A DNA stretch of 19,046 nt from an uncultured Nitrososphaerales archaeon (GCA_963709405.1 CAVPXM010000082.1:1-19046), one strand, 5' to 3'. Shown: positions 8,698 through 18,229, counted from the stretch's first letter. The notes: a model not told the origin generated them from the letters alone. Translations and numbers: made by a program.

Positions 8698-9193
8698 TTA
8701 TTACTAAATCCATTGAGAGAAATATAATCAAATCTAAATATGCAAAATAAACACAAAATGTGTATCTGAGGCATCAGCTGTACTCGTCCATTACTGACAT
8801 ATTGCCATCAGGAAACTAAGAATACAATTTTATGTCATCGATTTCTTGCTCTAGAATAAAATCTGTACTGGTCAAATAAGGCGCAATTATAGTTTTTGTA
8901 GCTTTCATCTATAAATCGATCGCAGTCCAATTTTAAAGATACTGAGGCATAAGCTTGGATTAGGTGTTCGATACCCTCGCTACTTCCCTTCTAAATGGTT
9001 AAGATACTTCGTTTCGACAAAGAATATATGAAAACAATGTACTAGCAGGGAAATGATCCACTCAGTTGGCGTATACATAGAATGATTCAACTTTCATACA
9101 GAATCCAAACGATAATGATATAATTGTTGACCCTAGTTAAAGATAATGGGAAAAGGGATGGCAGTTGGTTCCGGATATGATAAGGCATGCTAA

Positions 9194-9676
9194 TCACTTC
9201 TTGTGATGATGAGAACCTTCATCATTGTTTTTTGAATGGCTCTCTGACTGTAATTCAGGTGATGGGGACGGGGATGACAAGGTTGTCATTAATTAAAGGT
9301 AAAGTTAGTCCCTTGGTGTCGTTGTAGATTCAGGTTTTATGAATAACCTGTTATCATGAGTAATTGTCCTAGACCTGCTTGTCATAGAATTATCTAGAGT
9401 CTTTTGTTCATTGCTAATCATTTTGTTATGATTGTCAATAGTTGGTGACACAGAAGGATTTCCTGGTTTATTGGACTCTTGTTTTCCAATAATAGATAAC
9501 AACTCTGTACTATTTTTGTTACTATTAGTGCTATTAGTATTATTCTTTGAAGTATGTAGTTGTGCTTGTGGGATAGATGCACCAGCGGATGCGCTGGTGA
9601 AATTTACACTATAAAATTTTGTCATATTCGTCGGTCTATCATTACAAGTTAATTTAGCTGTAGTAATTGCCATCAA
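9194..9676 (-). pseudogene. C-terminal fragment of a secreted protein (beta-rich domain end plus Asn/Ser/Thr-rich tail)
   Basis: TAKLTCNDRPTNMTKFYSVNFT followed by low-complexity sequence. A probable shifted continuation MTTLSSPSPSPELQSESHSKNNDEGSHHHKK* ends at 9194. Confidence 0.45.
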
Positions 9677-9822
9677 CTCGTAAGTGATTTGCTTGCATCG
9701 TAAAAAAAAATAATATCAAATAGACTATACTAGTTATAGAACAAATATCTGATTTAAGATGTCATAAAATAACTCCGAATGCAGATAAACCTTACAACAA
9801 ATCATTTCTTGATGAATATTCG

Positions 9823-10083
9823 GTGATTGACAATAAACTTGCGTTGATGACTATTACATCCATGATAACGGCAGTACTATTATTACTGATAACAGGAATT
9901 GACGCAGATAACAGTACAATTGCAAAAAAATACAAGGCTCAGACAATAGGGCAGGTTAATAACTGTGGAAATTACGTATTACCAACAAATGTAACCTGTT
10001 CTAATTCTGGCTTGAATTCTGAAGGACATGAAAGCATTTACAACATAGGTATAGTGAATCATTCGTTTCTACCGTTCCCTTAA
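9823..10083 (+). CDS. Small secreted protein with a QxNNCGN...NVxCSN motif
   Basis: Hydrophobic signal peptide followed by KKYKAQTIGQVNNCGNYVLPTNVTCSNSG, with a probable disulfide pair. Confidence 0.65.
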   Translation: MIDNKLALMTITSMITAVLLLLITGIDADNSTIAKKYKAQTIGQVNNCGNYVLPTNVTCSNSGLNSEGHESIYNIGIVNHSFLPFP

Positions 10084-10358
10084 AACATCTGGGTAGGTTA
10101 CATACTTTGATTAGGTATTGGCAATATGTGGTAGCAAATGGGTTATGGATTATTGAAGTAACCTTAAATATCTCTAACCCGAATACAATAGCCATATCAA
10201 CTAATACGAAGATCAGTATTGGACATGATTTAGTAGCACAACACTACAGGCATCTATTTTATAGACAGTATACAGAACATCTAAAATATTCATTATATCC
10301 CAATATGCCAGCTAAATTATCATCTTTATCCCCCCACAAGTATCTCGAGATGAGGTAA

Positions 10359-10637
10359 ATGAGTGTTAGCTCGATGGATCATGGTAAAAAGTATAAAACA
10401 GCAATTATTTTTCCTTGCTCCAATTGTGGCTTGCATAATTTCATATCTTTTCAGAGAATCCAGATTAATAATCACAACTGCGTTCAAAAGGCAAAGTGTC
10501 AAATATGCAAATTCGAATGGATTGAGTTCTGGTACATGCCAGAACAAAGCCGATCCTTCTATCAACAGTCTTCTGTACCATCAAAGAGATATAAGAAAAT
10601 ATCAAGACAAGACAAACGAGTAATGCCGCTACAATGA
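10359..10637 (+). CDS. Small zinc-ribbon protein
   Basis: CSNC...CQICKFEWIEFW is a zinc-ribbon pattern. GAGGT (Shine-Dalgarno-like) precedes the ATG. Confidence 0.55.
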   Translation: MSVSSMDHGKKYKTAIIFPCSNCGLHNFISFQRIQINNHNCVQKAKCQICKFEWIEFWYMPEQSRSFYQQSSVPSKRYKKISRQDKRVMPLQ

Positions 10638-10723
10638 AAAATAATGATCATTAGGATCAAAAGACATTGAAAAGCGGCTTCAAATATCGGCACGACCGGA
10701 AAACTTCTCTGTTTAATAATTAT

Positions 10724-11217
10724 TCAAAAAACTTGGTTCGTTGTAGTTTCTTCTTCTGCCACTGCTGCTACTGAAGAAATATCTTTTACCACTTTCTTAT
10801 TATTATTTTCTGATACAAATCTTATAGCATCTTTAACTACAGTAGCATTTGTCAATAGATCAAGTTTCATAGAATATTCATAGAATAGCATTCTTTTGCT
10901 AATGATAAGATTTGTATCTTTTCCTTGTTATCATTTGAATGATATGATGTAGTCCATGCTTCTCTCAATATTGAAGTTATTCCAACCAGACATTTTTCAC
11001 ACTCTTCAGGCAATCTTTCATCTACATATGATTTGATATTCTCCTTTTCTTTCTGTCTTAGAAAATTCTGATCATTTCCCACAGTTCCATGTGATATCTG
11101 TAGTATAGTGGATATCTGCCTTTGTGAATATCCTTGAGAAGTTAATTCCTAAAACTCTATCTCGTCTTAGAGAAACTGGATCCTCTTCTAGTTCTTTTTT
11201 TAGCCTGTTGACCAGTC
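10724..11217 (-). pseudogene. HTH-containing helical protein, two frameshifts
   Basis: Reconstructed: RRDRVL/ELTSQGYSQRQISTILQISHGTVGNDQNFLRQ (HTH)...KECYSM/KLDLLTNATVVKDAIRFVSEN...TTNQVF*. There is one extra base near 11149 and an 11-bp tandem duplication TTCATAGAATA (10866-10887). Confidence 0.8.
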
Positions 11218-11235
11218 TTTAATATCAGATACCCA

Positions 11236-11454
11236 TTATACCATGCTTGTTCTTAAAGTAGTGCCCATCATAGGAAAAAGCAATCTTTCCCTTTGTATCT
11301 TTGCAAGTCTCAAACTGATGTTATGGATCTGCTTTATAAAATTGAATTTTAATAATATATCAAGGTCTTTATTATCAGGAGAAGGACCGACACGACCATA
11401 AAGCATCCATAGCCTATCTCGTGTTCTTGTTAAATTTTCTTCCTCTGTCACCAT
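11236..11454 (-). CDS. Hypothetical protein (72 aa)
   Basis: ATG-initiated ORF with plausible composition and an AT-rich promoter-like region upstream. No recognisable family. Confidence 0.4.
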   Translation of the reverse strand: MVTEEENLTRTRDRLWMLYGRVGPSPDNKDLDILLKFNFIKQIHNISLRLAKIQRERLLFPMMGTTLRTSMV

Positions 11455-11974
11455 ACTATTATTATTGATAGCTTTGTATATCCATTATAAAAATAGTAAT
11501 CAACCATTATAATCGAATGTCAGAGTACATTAGTAGCCATAAATTTGGTTAACACAGCCAGTACTTTTATTCTGCTAGAATCTACCTTTTTAAAAAGGTG
11601 CCTACAATATAAGACTATCTCCTGATAGTTCAGTTTCTTTAGTGAACGATTATTAGATGGTGAATTGGGAGAAGTACGTTCGAACAATTCATGGACAGGT
11701 ACTACGGCAGGATGTACTTCATCAAATGTTTTACATAGGCTTAAGCATCCAGTTAAACACTGCAGGATTTTAACATCTTAGTTTATGAATGGTATGGCGA
11801 TTTTGTTAATATGATTTTTGCATGTGATCTTTGTCATTCTTATGGCGACGCTGCTACTGCCCTCATTCCCTCAACTCAATGATCGGAGATTAGAAGTCTA
11901 GTCTACATCACATTATTCCCAACAAGAACTTGCAGAATCGATTTGAATTCATTCTAAAATAACCTAGGTAAGGT

Positions 11975-12211
11975 AAGAATTTACTTGACAATACTTTTAA
12001 GCCTTCAGAGCCTTCAGAGCCTTCAGCAATACTTGACTAAGAACAAAAACAGAAACAGCTAGAAGAAACTCAACGGCACAGCATTGCCAAAAGTATCCAC
12101 GGGATAAATCTCAGTTCTGATATTTGGCTATGTCACAATTGCAACAATAGAGGAGATAAGTGGTATATGTTGGTACAGAACTGCAAGACATCGAAAAATG
12201 AGACTGTATGA
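11975..12211 (+). pseudogene. C-terminal remnant of a mobile-element replication (primase/helicase-type) protein with a terminal Zn finger
   Basis: My translation: KNLLDNTFKPSEPSEPSAILD*EQKQKQLEE...SDIWLCHNCNNRGDKWYMLVQNC...*. The PSE repeat is the 9-bp tandem GCCTTCAGA x3 at 12001-12027. Family assignment is from recall. Confidence 0.5.
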
Positions 12212-12442
12212 TACCTTTTACGGTATTAGTAATGTCCAAAAATCGTTGAAGATGAGCTAAAAAGATTTAGGATCTTGGTATATTATTCAAAATGCCTTTT
12301 CTGTCTAGCATAAATAACCCCCTCTTTACAATCAGATAAACACGACGACAGCTACCAATCTAGATAGTAATCACTTTGACAGCAGTCTTGTTGTTTTTTT
12401 CCATTGCAAATGTTAATTAACCTCAATTCAGATATCATAGCT

Positions 12443-12709
12443 ATGGGTTTACTAGGAGCTGCAGTGGTTGGGAGCATGGTCGGAAAACGTTCGGCAAGGA
12501 GACAGATGGAAGGTATGCAAAAACAAGCACAAGCACAAGCACAAGCACAACAAGCACAACAAGCACAACAAGCACAGGCTTCGGCTGCATCAGAACATAA
12601 AACCGATCCTATGCAAGAAATAGCAAAATTAGGTGACCTGAAACAGAAAGGACTTATAACAGATGAAGAGTTTCAGGCAATGAAAGCAAAGCAGCTTGCC
12701 AAAATGTAG
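12443..12709 (+). CDS. SHOCT-domain protein with a Gln/Ala linker
   Basis: The C-terminus DPMQEIAKLGDLKQKGLITDEEFQAMKAKQL is a classic SHOCT. The N-terminus GLLGAAVVGSMVG is a glycine-zipper-like segment. ATG 12443 is preferred to TTG 12404. Confidence 0.85.
   Translation: MGLLGAAVVGSMVGKRSARRQMEGMQKQAQAQAQAQQAQQAQQAQASAASEHKTDPMQEIAKLGDLKQKGLITDEEFQAMKAKQLAKM
12524..12574 (+). repeat. Coding microsatellite (CAAGCA)x4 + (CAACAAGCA)x3
   Basis: Read directly. Encodes QAQAQAQAQQAQQAQQA. Confidence 0.92.
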
Positions 12710-12902
12710 GTGGGCAAACAGAAGCATTCAAGACTTGTTTTTGTGGGTACAACTTGGAGCTAGGGGATTAAGACTGCTGAGCTCGGTGACATGTTATCTC
12801 CAGTGTATGCTGCAGATATTGAAAATTACACATCTTAAGTCCAATTTATTTATATTCTTAATAAGAACAGTTAAATTAAGACTCAAGTCAACTGGTTTTT
12901 AT

Positions 12903-13385
12903 ATGTCTCTTGCAGAAAACAAACAAATTGTTCACGACTTTATTGATGAAATTTTTAACAAAGGGAATTTGGAAGGAGTGAGTAGGTTTGTCACTCCTGA
13001 CTTCATATACCATGCTCAGGGCGAGGATATTACTGGGCTGGAAAATTTTAAGGAGTGGGTTTCATCAGATAGTAGCATATTTCCTGATATCCGGTTTACG
13101 ATAATAGATAGCATAGCAGAATTTGCTAAAGTTGCTACAGCTTGGATTGTTGAAGGTACACATCTAAAGGAATTTCGTGGTATTCCCGCTACTCATAAGA
13201 AATTTGAAACTGTTGGGGTCAGCATCTTTCATTTTGAAGGTACCAAAATAAAGGAAGCGTGGGCTATCGCCGACGGGCTTACCGCAGCGTTACAGATTGG
13301 TGTCATTAAAACAAAATTTAGTGAGACCAGCTCAGAAAAATATTTCTGGATTAGTTCTCTACTGACTTTTATATCTATATGCTAG
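12903..13385 (+). CDS. SnoaL-like ester cyclase (NTF2 fold)
   Basis: MSLAENKQIVHDFIDEIFNKGNL...FPDIRFTI...GTHLKEFRGIPATHKKF...GTKIKEAW. The true start is ATG 12903; the track's upstream extension looks spurious. Confidence 0.9.
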   Translation: MSLAENKQIVHDFIDEIFNKGNLEGVSRFVTPDFIYHAQGEDITGLENFKEWVSSDSSIFPDIRFTIIDSIAEFAKVATAWIVEGTHLKEFRGIPATHKKFETVGVSIFHFEGTKIKEAWAIADGLTAALQIGVIKTKFSETSSEKYFWISSLLTFISIC

Positions 13386-13604
13386 ATTATTATTGATAAC
13401 AAGGAGAGATTTCAAGCATAACATGAGTTCGGCTAAATGTAATGCTCTATAATTTGCAATTTAGAGATCTTTTATTGACTATAAGTAATGCGTAGAGTTG
13501 ACACAATAAAAGCCCCTAGAATTTATTGCTATCTTTTGGGTAACTAATGTGAATGATAATAAAACTCAATAAAATTAGCAAATTCTGATCTTGCTTGCTT
13601 TTCG

Positions 13605-13816
13605 CATCCTGATTTACGAGATCATGGTAAGCAAAGATATGACATGTTTATAAAAGCGTATAATGAAACTAGAGAACATGGAGGAATAAATGGTCTTACT
13701 CCATCAGAGATGTTTCTACAAAGATTAATTACATCCACCATACATACAAGAACAAGCAGCAAAGTGTAACCCATGTAGGGTACTTAATAATGTAACCTAT
13801 CTGTGCAAGTACAACA
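13605..13816 (+). mobile_element. IS481-like transposase 3' remnant with right end
   Basis: My translation: ...YDMFIKAYNETREHGGINGLTPSEMF, the YNxxRxH...TP tail of integrase-core transposases. It is followed by two TGTAACC-initiated 26-bp units ending in ...ACAACA at 13816. Confidence 0.7.
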
Positions 13817-14026
13817 ATTACTTACTCGGTCATTGCTAGCGACGCCACTAATACGACGTTTGGCCAGGACGAGCAGGCGGGAGAAATTAGACTAGTAGAC
13901 ATGACTTCAATCCAGGATAGTTTGAAGGATCTGCGTTCCTGAACAGCGTAACTGATGAGGAATTTGATGAACGATATAACACAGCCAGAGCGGTACATGC
14001 TACTATCAAACGACAGATCGGGATGA

Positions 14027-14557
14027 GCACGTGCAGGTGATATAGTTGCCATCCTTGGAATAGGAGGACTTGGACATCTAGGTGTTCAATTTGCTGCCAA
14101 GATGGGTTTTAGGACCATCGCTATTGCAAGAGGAACGGACGAAGAAGAACTGGTGAAAAAGTTGTGTGCAAGACAATACATTGATAACCGATCGCAGAAT
14201 GCTGTGGAAGAACTTAACAAATTGGGAGGAACCAAAGTCATACTTGCAACAGTACCAAGTGGAAAAGCCATGGGTGAAATCCTTGGAGGTCTTGCAGTCA
14301 ATGGAAAGATTGTAATAATTGGAGCATCTGATGAGCCAATTGAAGTGTCTCCACTTCTATTTATCCAAGGACGTCGGTCATTGGTAGGTTGGCCGGCTGG
14401 TACGTCTATCGACTCGCAAGACACACTCTCATTTAGTGTTCTCTCTGGTGTAAGGTCTATGAATGAAGTCTTTCCACTAGAGCGTGCAGCAGAAGCCTAT
14501 GAGTTGATGATGAGTGGTAAAGCTAGGTTTAGATGTGTACTTACAACAGGTAATTAG
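14027..14557 (+). pseudogene. Zinc-dependent alcohol dehydrogenase, C-terminal half only
   Basis: ARAGDIVAILGIGGLGHLGVQFAAKMGF (Rossmann GxGxxG) through to MMSGKARFRCVL. An in-frame TGA lies directly upstream, so the catalytic Zn domain is missing. Confidence 0.9.
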
Positions 14558-14854
14558 GTACAGCTGAGCACATATTATAAAAAAATGTACAATGGCTAAG
14601 AAACTATATGTAATGCTATGGAGATTAGAGATTACATACGCAGGTTGTTGTAATTGTATTAAATACGCCCCATTATACTTATGATGTTACCAATCTCAAT
14701 ATCCGATTTGGCATTTGCAGTGATATCAAGTCTAGTCCGCCGTGCGTACGGAGAAAAATTCATGGCTATAATTATAATAGTGCTTGGGTTACAATGCAAG
14801 GCAATGTACTCATCATACTATTATAACAAACCGAAGGCTAGACTTATGTATTGG

Positions 14855-15146
14855 ATGGGAAAGATAAATCCCATTCCGTGCTCGATATCATGTTACGGCA
14901 ATAACGTTTCTCGTTATTGGTATTATTGTGACCGGCATATTTGATTGCTCATTCGTATTAAACCAAAATCATACTGCAATTACACAACAACGACCCTACA
15001 TGTATATCTTTTCAGAATGATAACTAGCTCAAAATGCTATGGGTATTACAGCTCCCAATTCAGGTCATTGGATTCCAGAGGGGCGACCAGACTCAGTAAT
15101 AAAAGTACTTGATAATTTCTTTAGTGGTAATACGACTAGACCCTAG
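14855..15146 (+). pseudogene. Epoxide-hydrolase-like alpha/beta hydrolase remnant (C-terminus, possibly with its signal peptide)
   Basis: 15024-15146 translates LAQNAMGITAPNSGHWIPEGRPDSVIKVLDNFFSGNTTRP*, with the GHW catalytic-His motif. About 14890-14990 gives signal-like VTAITFLVIGIIVTGIFDCSFVLNQNHTAITQQ. Confidence 0.6.
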
Positions 15147-15267
15147 AAGTGAATTTATGCAAAGATACTCGAAATGAGACTATTCAATTAGATATTGATA
15201 ATGATAAATCAGTATTAGATGCAATTAATAGAATAGTAACCGAAAATAATAGGATTTAATTTTAGTA

Positions 15268-15681
15268 TTAGGGAGCTTGTGGCGTTATTGATCCTGATGA
15301 TGGCCCTGATGACGAGGACGATGGCCCTGATGACGAGGATGAGGGGGATGAGGGGGATGAGGGGGATGAGGGGGATGAGGGGGATGACGTCCCTGATGAC
15401 GTCCCTGATGACGTCCCTGATGACGTCCCTGATGACGATCCAGAAGAGTTTAATGCTGGGGTTGACGGAGTGCTTTTTGGCAATCCACAAATTTCAGATT
15501 CAGTACTATTGACGAAGCTGAGCCTAGGATTGTCAGGTCTGCAGAATTGCTTTACTTGTTCTGGAGTTAGTCCATGCGAGTTCTGACCTTGTTGAGCTTT
15601 GACCTGATTTGTAGTTATTGTAATGAGAGCTAGCATCATTATACTAAATTGCAAAATATAACGATGGTGCATTTTTTCCAT
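15268..15681 (-). CDS. Small secreted protein with a two-Cys motif and a Ser/Gly/Pro-rich tail
   Basis: Signal peptide ending VKA-Q, then CRPDNPRLSFVNSTESEICGLPKS and (SSGT)4(SSP)5(SSSSGP)2-type repeats. Confidence 0.8.
   Translation of the reverse strand: MEKMHHRYILQFSIMMLALITITTNQVKAQQGQNSHGLTPEQVKQFCRPDNPRLSFVNSTESEICGLPKSTPSTPALNSSGSSSGTSSGTSSGTSSGTSSPSSPSSPSSPSSPSSSSSGPSSSSSGPSSGSITPQAP
15293..15437. repeat. Compound coding tandem repeats (18-, 9- and 12-bp units)
   Basis: GATGGCCCTGATGACGAG-type unit x2, GATGAGGGG x5 and GATGACGTCCCT x4. All unit lengths are multiples of 3. Confidence 0.92.
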
Positions 15682-16021
15682 CTTTTATTGGAAGATATCT
15701 ATTTTAAAAGTCTTTGTATCCTCAATTCATTTTTAGCTGTATACACTTGGTTAATTTTCTTATATTTAATTTAAAATTATTACGTCAATTTATAACACGT
15801 AATAATAAGGGCTTTCATAATTTAACTATGACTAGGCACGATGGTAATAGGATCTTTTTAAGATGTCTATAACAAATTGTTAACAAAATTATAAAATATA
15901 AAATGTAAATGCCAGATTACAGAATAATTTGCAATTAGAGTTTGACATAGATAGCGTCAGTTATATGCATTAAAAACATGTAATATTTCTGGCCTGATTA
16001 TAAATTTGGGTCAATAGACAT

Positions 16022-16213
16022 TTGACTCAGTCCTGTAAATACAATAACGTGAAGACACGAGACTATCAAAAGAAAAAACAAACCATCGAGAAATTTATAA
16101 AGAAATATGGTAAAGTAGACCATTCTATTATTTTAAACACAGTAAATATAGATTATGACACATTGATGAGTATATTAGCAGAATTGCATAAAGAAGGAGT
16201 TATTAAAGAATAA
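16022..16213 (+). CDS. Small basic protein, possible winged-HTH
   Basis: IEKFIKKYGKVDHSIILNTVNIDYDTLMSILAELHKEGVIK fits a three-helix wHTH pattern. TTATAAAT lies about 25 nt upstream. Confidence 0.6.
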   Translation: MTQSCKYNNVKTRDYQKKKQTIEKFIKKYGKVDHSIILNTVNIDYDTLMSILAELHKEGVIKE

Positions 16214-16441
16214 GTTTGCTGTAAATATCTACTTATCAGATCAGGCGTTTCAATTCAGAAGCCGCTAAAATGATCATGACTAGGGCTACAACTGAGCCAA
16301 GCTCGGCGCAATCGTTATAAACTTCAACTTTAGATAAGCTCCACCTACATGAAATTTTGATGAACCTAAATCCTTAGCCACATCGGTATACATAAAAGTG
16401 TGAACTTATAATATACCTTTCTCGTCTGCTATGTACCTCCA

Positions 16442-16984
16442 CTATGCATCAAATGAATGGATAGAAAGATAATTACCCATTCGAGGCCTTGTCTTCATCA
16501 CTACCTCAGGTTTACCGCAATCCTCATGCCAGATCCTTAACAGCTCTTGAACCTTGGACTCTGCTGCTATCTCATCACAATTTGAGACGTGCATAATAAC
16601 TTCCTTTAATGTCGACTTACCTGTGATTGCACCATGACCATTTTCGACGCCCTTACTATAAGTGCGATGTAATGTGTTTAACCTATCATCTTTTTCTTCA
16701 TAGTCGTTTGCTTTGTCGCATACACCTTGTAAAATTTGAGCAGCAGAATTCTTAGATACGCCTTCTTTAAAAGCTAGGCCGCTAAATCCCAATGAAAATT
16801 TATGTCTTGTCCTTTGTTGATAATAAGGTACAATGTATTCGATTGACTCTTTAATCTTCTCCTCACTCAGACTGATTGTCTTCTGCTGATACTCTTTTAG
16901 TTCAACAGAAAACTTAATAGTGAGGTTTATGTTATTACTTTTGAGTCTCTTTTTAGAACTGCCATTAGAGCCAAAACTATGAAA
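16442..16984 (-). pseudogene. Fragment of a primase-polymerase-associated helical (PriCT-like) domain
   Basis: The open frame extends upstream of the track ORF without a start: LSEEKIKESIEYIVPYYQQRTRHKFSLGFSGLAFKEGVSKNSAAQILQGVC...DDRLNTLHRTYSKG. This resembles the G.Rn...f.laG.l...G.....a...l PriCT pattern. Confidence 0.6.
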
Positions 16985-17672
16985 CTAACCAAATCAACGT
17001 TCCCAATGCTATCAGGATTACTGCGTTAACGCCTCCACTTCTTTCCTGTAGATCTTCCAGTTCATCATAAATCTGCAACTTCTCTCTCATCTTTTTAGTT
17101 GCGTATTGGAAAAATGCAAGGGAGCTAGAATCATCATCTGTAATAGCCTGTTGACACTCTAACTCCCATTTATGCTCATCCAAATACTCTAATAATATTT
17201 GCTGAGATTCTGGTGTTACCCCATCAAGTTTAACAGGCAAATTATACTCAAGCCGTCTGCTAATGAGTATCATCTCGACTCGAATTTCTATGGAACGCCA
17301 ATCTGTCGTCGTCACCATCAGCCTATTTTTTGCAAGCAATAGGAGAGTTGATGTCCAAGATGACACGAAGGCGTTCAGGTTCGTTGTTACGACATCCAGT
17401 GCCGAGGCAAAGATTTGTCGCCCTGTCCCAAGAGAAATGAATACAGGAGCAATTAGTATCATTACGTTTTGAGTGAATACCATTACAATCAAAATTGCAA
17501 TAACCGCAAACGATATGCCGATTACGGTGGCACTAAATTTAAAGTAGTTAGTCGGCTGTCCAATTAACTTGATATTGTACTCTGCTCCTGATTTTGTTCT
17601 TTTGCGAAGAAGGAATATGAATAGAGCATTGACAAATAGCAAGTTAGCAAGGTGCTTTAACATCTCTTTCAT
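16977..17672 (-). CDS. Hypothetical membrane protein, possibly a chimera of fragments
   Basis: 231 aa ORF with hydrophobic segments in the N-terminal half and an acidic helical C-terminal half. No family recognised. Confidence 0.45.
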   Translation of the reverse strand: MKEMLKHLANLLFVNALFIFLLRKRTKSGAEYNIKLIGQPTNYFKFSATVIGISFAVIAILIVMVFTQNVMILIAPVFISLGTGRQIFASALDVVTTNLNAFVSSWTSTLLLLAKNRLMVTTTDWRSIEIRVEMILISRRLEYNLPVKLDGVTPESQQILLEYLDEHKWELECQQAITDDDSSSLAFFQYATKKMREKLQIYDELEDLQERSGGVNAVILIALGTLIWLVS

Positions 17673-18229
17673 GACAAAAGTTACTCCGGGAGGAGCTTGG
17701 ATGACTGACTTATTTTGAGCGACTCACTACTTAAAAGATGTTGTATGTAAGCATGAGATGACATATCATGGTTGAATTGGACTAGATTCGAAAAGTTTGA
17801 ATCACATGATCCTTAAGAGCCTTATCATACTTTTATTACAAGTAGCTGGAAGTCTATCTGGGATCTTCTAAGCAATGCCTTCAATTTACCAGTAGCAATT
17901 TGTGGTCTTGGGCAGCATCTTCAATGAGTCTAACGTTATAGATTACGGTACTATATCGTGAGTCTTATATGTGTGTGATCGATTTGCTTAAACTGTTCCC
18001 TGTCTTGTAGTCTTTGGATGATCTTTCGAGGCTGATATTCGCAAGTGCTTATATTCCAACAGGAGAGGTTTCTACAAATTATACTAGAAGTAGCGTCGAT
18101 ATGACATTCCAAAGATCTTCGACTGTTATGGATGTTTTTATGAGATCATTGAAGACTTCAATTTTCCCCTCATCAATTATGTTAGTACGTTAAAATTGAT
18201 TGCAATTCGATTTAGACACAAAAGTCTCT

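Noticed and set aside
10001-10623. Overlapping ORFs 10001..10195, 10107..10358, 10326..10565 and 10363..10623
   Set aside because: No motifs. Most overlap better-supported genes and are probably chance ORFs.
12696-12902. N-terminal extension of the ester cyclase
   Set aside because: Homology-like sequence begins at ATG 12903. The extension overlaps the SHOCT stop and promoter-like AT tracts.
13822-14424. Minus-strand ORFs 13822..14052 and 14086..14424
   Set aside because: Antisense to the ADH remnant and the adjacent fragment, with no recognisable features.
15293-15437. Multiple CTGATGA motifs as hammerhead ribozyme cores or C/D boxes
   Set aside because: They are antisense of Ser-Ser-Gly codons (TCA TCA G). 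No GAAA core or stems are present.
15215-15512. ORFs 15215..15490 (-) and 15279..15512 (+)
   Set aside because: Alternative readings of the Ser-rich tandem repeats.
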